DNA of 64,000 nucleotides from Thermodesulfobacteriota bacterium (GTDB lineage Bacteria; Desulfobacterota; Binatia; Bin18). The first letter of the stretch is position 1. Every line of letters starts with the position of its first letter. Shown here piece by piece: positions 57,625-64,000 of this stretch. The translations under genes were made by a program, and so were the position numbers. Location of the stretch: the NCBI GenBank assembly GCA_964291405.2, contig OZ219926.1, positions 2,208,001-2,272,000 on the forward strand. Reading direction: 5' to 3'. The notes under the pieces were generated by a model. It saw only the letters and a program-made list of their open reading frames with translations. It did no database searches and was not told the DNA's origin.

Positions 57625-57963
57625 TCAGTCAGTCAGATCAAACTGAAAGACGGCGTCCATGCCCTTGGCCGCCTCAGCGTTGAACCCCTCCGGCATGCCG
57701 TCAATGACTTCCTGTACGGTTTCCATCGGCGGGCTGTCGGCCCCCGGCGGCGAAAAGAGGTTTTGGAGCTTGAGCGCCAAGCCCATATCTCCGGCAATTT
57801 TCAGCTTGCCGCTCATGAACGCCATTTGGCCGTTGAGTTTGCCGTTGACCATATCCAGGTAATCACTCTCCTTCATGGTGATGGTAATGTTTGGGGACGC
57901 ATGGGTGCCCATCTGCACCTCGATGCTTTCGTTCGCGATACGGAAATGGTACTGGGTGGCCAT
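57625..57963 (-). CDS. SCP2 sterol/lipid-binding domain protein, circularly permuted
   Basis: [26 protein letters not shown] precedes [32 protein letters not shown]; GAGGAGG RBS. Confidence 0.85.
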   Translation of the reverse strand: MATQYHFRIANESIEVQMGTHASPNITITMKESDYLDMVNGKLNGQMAFMSGKLKIAGDMGLALKLQNLFSPPGADSPPMETVQEVIDGMPEGFNAEAAKGMDAVFQFDLTD

Positions 57964-58061
57964 CGCGGCTTCCTCCTCATAAGTCCAGGATGTAGACACG
58001 CTACCATAGATCCTTGCGCTGAGAAACTATAGATCGTGTTGTTGTATAGAGAGGGGAAGGG

Positions 58062-58601
58062 ATGAACATGACACAATGTGACAAAAAGGGAACGTGTCCT
58101 CCAACAGACATGCAGAAGGCGACACGTTTCCTCTTTACGGCATGGAAACGTTACTGGGCCGGGCTGGTGCTCCTTTTTGTGAGCATATTCATAGGAACGT
58201 CCAGCTACGCCCAGGAGAGCGGACTTCAGAATACCCTGGCTCAGGTCGCTAGTGAATCAACGCTCGAAATCACAACCATAGGCCGCAAGAGTGGTAAGCC
58301 GCGGACAAAGCCGATTTGGTTTATCTACGACCAGGGGTCTCTGTATATCCAATCTGGAAAAGACGGAAAAACCCACTGGTATCGTAATCTGCAAAAAACC
58401 CCACAGATGCGGTTGAAAATCGCCCAACTCGTCCTCACCGGGAAGGCACGTTTTGTGACAGATGCGGCCGAAATCGAACGTGTCCACGATCTCTTCCGCT
58501 CAAAATATGCTCTCGCGCGTGCTGCCGGATTTGTCGGGTCCTCAATCGGGCATGGCAAGGTCGTTCTGGTTGAGCGCCTGGCTGAAGCGGCGCAGGAGTA
58601 G
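58062..58601 (+). CDS. Split-barrel deazaflavin-dependent nitroreductase-like protein with signal peptide
   Basis: LEITTIGRKSGKPR, HWYRNL..P; start uncertain (58062 or 58110). Confidence 0.78.
   Translation: MNMTQCDKKGTCPPTDMQKATRFLFTAWKRYWAGLVLLFVSIFIGTSSYAQESGLQNTLAQVASESTLEITTIGRKSGKPRTKPIWFIYDQGSLYIQSGKDGKTHWYRNLQKTPQMRLKIAQLVLTGKARFVTDAAEIERVHDLFRSKYALARAAGFVGSSIGHGKVVLVERLAEAAQE
58083..58136. repeat. 54-bp palindromic element, copy 6
   Basis: AAAAAGGGAACGTGTC...GACACGTTTCCTCTTT. Confidence 0.85.
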
Positions 58602-58608
58602 ACGTCGT

Positions 58609-59301
58609 ATGCACGTCAATGTTGTTATTGTAGCTGCGGGAAAAGGGACGCGGCTGCAAAGCGAGTTGCCGAAACCTTTTCTGTCTGTTGCCGACAGACC
58701 GATTCTCGTGCATACCCTGCGGCGTTTTGCACCCATTGAGGCGGTCCGACGCATAGTTGTGGTGGTTGCTGCCGAGCGCGAGGCTCTTTGCCGGGAGGTG
58801 CTCCACACGCACGGACCCTGGCCACAACCGATAACCGTTGTCCACGGAGGAGTGGAACGGCAGGATTCGGTCCGGAACGGTTTGGCTGCGCTTGAGACCC
58901 AGTGTGAGGTTGTGGTGATTCATGACGCGGCCCGGCCGTTCATCAGCGTTGCAGCAATTCAACGCAGTATTGACGCAGCCGCCGAAACGGGCAGCGCGGT
59001 TGTGGCGACCCCTGTCCGCGACACCATTAAGCGGGCCGACGCGCAGCACACGATCCGTGAGACGGTCTCCCGGCATGAGCTGTGGCTGGCGCAAACACCC
59101 CAGACATTCCAGGTCGAAGTGATCCGAGCAGCCCACCGTTGGGCCCAGCAACGGGGCATCGCGGGAACGGATGATGCCACCCTGGTTGAGCAAATGGGCC
59201 GACCCGTCCGTATCGTTCCCGGCGACGCGCTCAATTTTAAGATCACGACACCGGACGACCTGGCTCTCGCCCAGGCAGTGCTGCAAGCGTCCGAAGGCTG
59301 A
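58609..59301 (+). CDS. ispD: 2-C-methyl-D-erythritol 4-phosphate cytidylyltransferase
   Basis: AAGKGTRL...PK, ERQDSV, IHDAARP, AQTPQ, TDDA, NFKITTPDD. Confidence 0.95.
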   Translation: MHVNVVIVAAGKGTRLQSELPKPFLSVADRPILVHTLRRFAPIEAVRRIVVVVAAEREALCREVLHTHGPWPQPITVVHGGVERQDSVRNGLAALETQCEVVVIHDAARPFISVAAIQRSIDAAAETGSAVVATPVRDTIKRADAQHTIRETVSRHELWLAQTPQTFQVEVIRAAHRWAQQRGIAGTDDATLVEQMGRPVRIVPGDALNFKITTPDDLALAQAVLQASEG

Positions 59302-59538
59302 TCTATTTGAGGTAAAACCCAATTGTGACTAGCTGTATCCGAATACTAGTTCAATAAAGCATTAGAATCAAAAGATTTCTTCAAAAGGGCATAGAGAAGC
59401 CGAGTGCCAAGACACCGGTCGATGATGAAATCCCGTTCTAGCGATACCCACAACCGAGCGAACCTCCAAGCGATGCCAAAGCGTGCGCCAAAGCTCTAGC
59501 TCTGTCGCTAGGCAGTAGTCGTGTGGGTCGTAACGAAG

Positions 59539-59751
59539 ATGTGTTCCGCATATGCAAAAGTAAGGGAGGTCATTCGACTGCTTGAAGCTGACGGCTGGTA
59601 CCAAGTGCGGATGCGCGGCAGCCATCGACAATTCAAGCATCCGACGAAACGTGGGTTAGTGACAGTATCCTCGCATGACATCCAGGCGACGATCTTGCTA
59701 TTGGCACCCTCAACAGTGTTCAACTTGAGACAGGCGGGACTGAAGAAATGA
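59539..59751 (+). pseudogene. hicA: HicA-family toxin damaged by three small insertions
   Basis: DGWYQVRMRGSHRQFKHP intact; native ATG 59552 out of frame; HPGDDLAIGTLNSV present only in a shifted frame. Confidence 0.75.
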
Positions 59752-59960
59752 AATATCTTATTGTCGTAGAGAAGACCGAAACTGGCTTCTCGGCGTACTC
59801 ACCGGACGTGCCGGGGTGCGTGTCCACGGGTCGGACGGAGGAAGAGACCGAGACCAATATGAAGGAGGCGATTGAGTTTCACGTCGATGGCCTCAAGCAG
59901 GAAGGGCTACCTGTCCCTCAACCATCCACGAAATCGGCCTATGTGGAAGTTACTGCATGA
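59748..59960 (+). CDS. hicB: Short HicB-family antitoxin
   Basis: FSAYSPDVPGCVSTGRTEEE...EAIEFH; ATGA overlap. Confidence 0.9.
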   Translation: MKYLIVVEKTETGFSAYSPDVPGCVSTGRTEEETETNMKEAIEFHVDGLKQEGLPVPQPSTKSAYVEVTA

Positions 59961-59975
59961 GTGGGATGAGACACC

Positions 59976-60041
59976 TTGTACCCGAGAATCCTTGAACGCT
60001 TGAGAACTCGAATCCGTGAGCGTCTGTATATTGAAATGTGA
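59976..60041 (+). pseudogene. N-terminal stub of a DUF4258-like toxin
   Basis: MYPRILERLRTRIRERLYI then runs into the next gene; family call from recalled similarity and position. Confidence 0.5.
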
Positions 60042-60267
60042 CAATTGCGGAGAGCAGGGAGCCCAGACCCGCCTTGTCTCCCGCAGCTATGGCTCTGGCA
60101 AAGACCTGCTGGTGATTGAAGAGATTCCCCTAATCTCGTGCTCAAGCTGCGGAGAAAGCTATTTTACCGCTGAGACGCTTCATGAGGTCGAACGCATAAA
60201 GCTGCATCGGAAGGGATTCGCACAGATAAGGCCGGTGTCCGTGGCAAGATTCCATCAAGCAGCCTAG
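60031..60267 (+). CDS. YgiT/MqsA-type zinc-finger protein (putative antitoxin)
   Basis: CDNCG...LVIEEIP..SCSSCGESY. Confidence 0.82.
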   Translation: MKCDNCGEQGAQTRLVSRSYGSGKDLLVIEEIPLISCSSCGESYFTAETLHEVERIKLHRKGFAQIRPVSVARFHQAA

Positions 60268-60317
60268 CTTGATGCTTGAGACGATTCGGTAAAGCGCGTG
60301 ACTAAGCGCCGCTTGGC
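60262..60317 (+). other. Degenerate attC-like site
   Basis: GCCTAGC (contains stop) ...GCTTGAG ... CTAAGC ... GCTTGGC; left box has one extra G. Confidence 0.4.
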
Positions 60318-60566
60318 ATGAGCACTTCGGAAGTTGAGATTACGAGCATATCTGCGCACGGCGTCTGGTTGCTCGCCGGCGAAGAGGAGTTTTTTCTCTC
60401 TTATGAGGATCTTCCCTGGTTCAAAGATGCTTCCGTGGGGAAAATCCTGAACGTGAGGGAACCAACTCCCGGTCACTTTTATTGGCCCGAGTTAGATATT
60501 GATCTCGGAGCGGAAACCATTCGCCATCCCGATCGTTTTCCACTTCGAGCGCAGCGTGATACCTAA
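60318..60566 (+). CDS. DUF2442-family protein
   Basis: VEITSISAHGVWLL...LSYEDLPWF...HFYWPELDIDL...HPDRFPL. Confidence 0.82.
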   Translation: MSTSEVEITSISAHGVWLLAGEEEFFLSYEDLPWFKDASVGKILNVREPTPGHFYWPELDIDLGAETIRHPDRFPLRAQRDT

Positions 60567-60635
60567 CTTGGCGCGCGTAGCAGTGCGCTAAAATACACGG
60601 TCGAATTCTATCTCAGTATTCATGAGGCAGGTGAC

Positions 60636-60872
60636 ATGACAGGCTATTGGATCGTGGGGGCGTCGTGGAAACGGACGAAATTCGTGCACGAAGGAAACTA
60701 CGTCGCAGAAGTTGACGTAGAACTCCTAGAAGAACCTGAGGGGTGGTCACCGTACCTTTCTCTGGAGGATGCGTATCGTCTCGACGATGTCCGTGAGGCT
60801 CTTCGGCGAGGTGACGTGAAGACCGCTGCAAGATATGCGCGCGTGTTCAGTCTCACGCCTGTCGCTGTGTGA
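60636..60872 (+). CDS. Conserved small hypothetical protein of TA-like pairs
   Basis: TKFVHEGNYVAEVDVEL...WSPYLSLEDAYRLDDVREALRRGD; AGGTG RBS. Confidence 0.7.
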   Translation: MTGYWIVGASWKRTKFVHEGNYVAEVDVELLEEPEGWSPYLSLEDAYRLDDVREALRRGDVKTAARYARVFSLTPVAV

Positions 60873-60877
60873 GACCG

Positions 60878-61948
60878 CTATCTGCGTAGAATTGTCTGTC
60901 CAGCTTGACCAAAGAGGTTCGGGGTCGGGCTCTTGGCCTGCGCTTCTTCCTGCGTGATAAGCCCTCGCGTGGCGAGGTCAACAAGCGCCCGGTCCATGGT
61001 CTGCATTCCATCCTTTTGGCCAACCTGGAGGGCTGAGAGGATTTGGTGCCCCTTGCCCTCGCGGATCAGCGTGCGGACTGCCGGGCTGCCCACCAGGATT
61101 TCCAAAGCTGCGACGCGCCCCCCGCCTTTCTTTTGACATAAAGTCTGGGTGATGATGGCTTCAATCGCGTCGGCGAACTGGGTCCGAATCTGGGGTTGTT
61201 GAGCGGCCGGAAAAACGTCGATGATCCGGTCAACGGCCTGCGCCACGCCTGGCGCGTGTAAGGTGCTCAAAACGAGATGGCCGGTTTCGGCGGCCGTAAG
61301 AACGAGTTGGATGGTTTCCAGGTCGCGCATTTCGCCAACCAGAATAATGTCGGGATCTTCGCGTAAGACCGCCCGCAACGCATTGGCAAACGAGTGGGTA
61401 TGGACGCCGAGTTCGCGCTGATTGACAAGGCATTTCTTGGACTGATGAGTGAATTCAATGGGATCTTCAATCGTGACGATGTGACCTTCGACCGTCTCGT
61501 TGAGATGGTTGACCATAGCGGCCAGGGTGGTCGATTTTCCACTCCCGGCTGGACCAGTCACCAGGATCAGCCCTTTTCTCCGCGTACACAGTTGGCTGAG
61601 AATCGGCGGCAGTCCGAGTTCCTCGAACGAGGCAATCTCTGTTGGAATGGTCCGCAACACCGCACCCTCACCGTGTTGCTGCATAAAGACATTCACCCGA
61701 AAGCGTCCTACCTCTCCCAGGTCACAGGAGAAGTCGATTTCGAGACTCTTCTCAAATACCTTTCGTTGATCCTCATCCATAATATCGTACACAAGGGCGT
61801 GAACCTCATCCTGAGAGAGCGGGGCCGGATCAAGCCGTTGCATAACCCCGTCGAGCCGCATCATGGGTGGTGCTCCACTGCTGAGATGGATGTCAGAAGC
61901 GCCTGATCGGACGGCACTGCTGAGGAGTGCGGTTACCTCCGTTGACAT
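60878..61948 (-). CDS. pilT: Type IV pilus retraction ATPase PilT
   Basis: ASDIHL, TGPAGSGKSTT, TIEDPIE, REDPDIILVGEMRD, AETGHLV. Confidence 0.92.
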   Translation of the reverse strand: MSTEVTALLSSAVRSGASDIHLSSGAPPMMRLDGVMQRLDPAPLSQDEVHALVYDIMDEDQRKVFEKSLEIDFSCDLGEVGRFRVNVFMQQHGEGAVLRTIPTEIASFEELGLPPILSQLCTRRKGLILVTGPAGSGKSTTLAAMVNHLNETVEGHIVTIEDPIEFTHQSKKCLVNQRELGVHTHSFANALRAVLREDPDIILVGEMRDLETIQLVLTAAETGHLVLSTLHAPGVAQAVDRIIDVFPAAQQPQIRTQFADAIEAIITQTLCQKKGGGRVAALEILVGSPAVRTLIREGKGHQILSALQVGQKDGMQTMDRALVDLATRGLITQEEAQAKSPTPNLFGQAGQTILRR

Positions 61949-62060
61949 AGGAACCTCCGGCTACAGAACGACATGCGCTCGCATCTTTAGCATGTAACTG
62001 TACGCAGAAGAAGAATACGGAACAAGGATGATTGCTGGAGTGTGAGACCGGCCTGTCTTA

Positions 62061-62114
62061 AAAGAGTAAACGTGTCCTCCAATACATATGAAATGCTGGA
62101 CACATTTACTCTTT
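62061..62114. repeat. 54-bp palindromic element, copy 7
   Basis: AAAGAGTAAACGTGTC...GACACATTTACTCTTT. Confidence 0.9.
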
Positions 62115-62193
62115 TTGTCCCTATGCACTCGCGGTCGCCTGTGGTAAGCCAGACGGTCTATTCTCCCTCCCAGCAGGAAAAGGAGACTCCACG

Positions 62194-63009
62194 ATGGGAT
62201 ATGAGGCCATTATCTACGAGCATGTGGAAGACAAGATTGTCCGCGTGACGCTGAATCGTCCGGAGAAACTGAACGCCATGAGTCGCCAGCTTTTGTCCGA
62301 GTTGGACGCGGCCCTGGACGAGTTTGAAACGGATAATGATGCCAGTGTCCTGATCATTCGCGGGGCCGGACGGGCCTTCTGCGCCGGGTATGATCTCCAG
62401 CCGGTTTCAGGACCGGGGGGAGGCTTTACCGTCACCAGTGACCGCTGGGGATTGCGCAAGATCGTCGCCCGCTGGCAGCGTCTGTGGAACCTGCCCAAAC
62501 CAACCATTGCGCAGGTCCACGGCTATTGTTTGGCCGGAGCGACGGAGTTTGTCGGGCATTGTGACTTGGTCTTTGCGGCCGACGATGCCCAGTTCGGCCA
62601 CCCTGCCGGACGTTCGCTCGGGGTGCTCCCGTCGCTGGCCATGTGGCCCTACCTGATGGGGATGCGTAAGACCAAAGAATTTCTCTTTACCGGAGATTCC
62701 ATGACCGCGGCTGAGGCGCTGGAAAACGGCCTGATTAACCACGTCTACCCGAAACAGGAGTTGGAGGGCGAGGTGCTGCGTTACGCCCGCCGCGTCGCCG
62801 CAGTGCCGGTTGACCTGTTGACGCTCCATAAGGCGGCGACCAATCGCTTCTTTGAGGCTATGGGCCTGTATGCGGCTGAACAGTCGGCAACCGAATTTGA
62901 CGTGATTGCCCATCAGACTGTGACGGTCAAAAATGAAGTCAAAAAAATGATGGAACGCGGACTCAAAGAAGCCCTGCGTGATCGTGACAAGCCGTTTGCC
63001 AAGAAATAG
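62194..63009 (+). CDS. Enoyl-CoA hydratase/isomerase
   Basis: TLNRPEKLNA, GRAFCAGYDL, VHGYCLAG. Confidence 0.92.
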   Translation: MGYEAIIYEHVEDKIVRVTLNRPEKLNAMSRQLLSELDAALDEFETDNDASVLIIRGAGRAFCAGYDLQPVSGPGGGFTVTSDRWGLRKIVARWQRLWNLPKPTIAQVHGYCLAGATEFVGHCDLVFAADDAQFGHPAGRSLGVLPSLAMWPYLMGMRKTKEFLFTGDSMTAAEALENGLINHVYPKQELEGEVLRYARRVAAVPVDLLTLHKAATNRFFEAMGLYAAEQSATEFDVIAHQTVTVKNEVKKMMERGLKEALRDRDKPFAKK

Positions 63010-63025
63010 CATGAAAAAAGGACTG

Positions 63026-63718
63026 ATGGACGGACGCCGCATCTACCTGATGCGCCATGGGGAAACCCTGTATCAACGTGTGGCAAACGAGGGGGCGCTG
63101 GGTAATGGAGCCCTGACCGAGCGTGGGCAAGAGCAGACCGCGGCGGTTGCCCTGCTCTTTCGGGGAGTACCGCTTGATGCGATTTACGCCAGTCCGCTTG
63201 AACGGGCGTATGAAACCGCCCAGGTCATCGCCAAAGAAAAAGAGCTGGACATTCAAGTGGCGCCGGAGCTGAGCGAGATCATCCCGAGCGATACGGTCTT
63301 AGCCCAAAAAAGCCTGACCGACATATTTAAGGAGATCCAGGAGTTCTTTAAGAATACAGACTCTGACTGGGACGAATCCTACCTGGGCGGAGAGAGTTTC
63401 CGTCAGGTCTATGCCCGTGCCGGGCGCCTCCTACAGGCCCTCTTAGCCAAAGATGATTGGCAGACCATTCTCCTTGTTGCGCACGGGGGCGTGAATAACG
63501 CTTTTTTAGCCCATGCCACAGGGATAACGCAGGGGAGGATTTTTAATATTGAGCAAGACTTCGGCTGTATCAATATTATTGACTTTGTTCACGGTCGTCC
63601 CTTTCTCCGCCTCGCCAATTTTACCCTCTACGATCAGCTCAAGATTCACCTGCGAGAGCACAGCTTGGATATCATTCTCAATTTGTTGCAGGGGCGTGGC
63701 ATTATTGATGCCGATTGA
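63026..63718 (+). CDS. Histidine phosphatase family protein
   Basis: YLMRHGET, SPLERA, GGES, VAHGG. Confidence 0.9.
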   Translation: MDGRRIYLMRHGETLYQRVANEGALGNGALTERGQEQTAAVALLFRGVPLDAIYASPLERAYETAQVIAKEKELDIQVAPELSEIIPSDTVLAQKSLTDIFKEIQEFFKNTDSDWDESYLGGESFRQVYARAGRLLQALLAKDDWQTILLVAHGGVNNAFLAHATGITQGRIFNIEQDFGCINIIDFVHGRPFLRLANFTLYDQLKIHLREHSLDIILNLLQGRGIIDAD

Positions 63719-63852
63719 TCCTGAAGGGTCCGGCTCGGCTTTTTATTAAAGATAAAATTTTTTCATCGTCGAAAAAAAGAATGACAAACCTCTTGACTTG
63801 ACTTTCCACTTTCTTTAATTAGTCTGAATAAACTAGTTTATGGGGGTGTAAC

Positions 63853-64000
63853 ATTAGTGTTCAACTTGTCATCTTAGGGCTGTTATCCGAGAAGCCGTTT
63901 CATGGCTATGAACTGCGGCAGGAAGTCGAGCACCGGCTGTACGCCAAGTATATCAACCTGAGTGGTGGCTCGCTCTACTATAATCTCGGGCAGCTTGAAC
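63853..64000 (+). CDS. PadR-family regulator (partial)
   Basis: (ATT)SVQLVILGLLSEKPFHGYELRQ...GSLYYNL. Confidence 0.8.
   Translation, partial: MSVQLVILGLLSEKPFHGYELRQEVEHRLYAKYINLSGGSLYYNLGQLE

Noticed and set aside
6486-62114. 54-bp repeats as a CRISPR array
   Set aside because: Dispersed over 56 kb in both orientations, no repeat-spacer periodicity, no cas genes in the window.
1-64000. tRNA, rRNA, intact IS, integrase or prophage
   Set aside because: None recognised by eye; a tRNAscan/Rfam search would be needed to exclude small RNAs.

Overview
Bacterial chromosomal window, about 60% GC. Gene content (many enoyl-CoA hydratases, CaiB CoA-transferase, LLM/F420-type oxidoreductases) suggests a Binatota-like or related delta-group organism; this is inference. 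The backbone carries DNA uptake and repair genes (comM, comEA-uvrC-comEC, AddB/AddA-like pair, DUF790, pilT), msrP, an argA-like gene, a sigma70 factor, anmK and ispD. A ~21 kb Tad/Flp pilus island (31.4-52.8 kb) sits between the argA-like gene and the sigma factor. It contains three paralogous TetR genes (two at the borders, one internal) and four copies of a shared operator-like palindrome. Its pilus operon includes a diheme cytochrome c peroxidase and a DAHL-type sensor kinase that lacks a recognisable H-box. Other notable signals: a 54-bp palindromic element present 7 times, inserted in frame in uvrC and the AddB-like gene; REP-like elements translated inside Tad proteins; a circularly permuted SCP2 protein; a ferredoxin-membrane-Hsp20-like fusion; a headless second flp pilin; and two toxin-antitoxin regions where toxins are broken or missing while antitoxins remain, one with degenerate attC-like sites.
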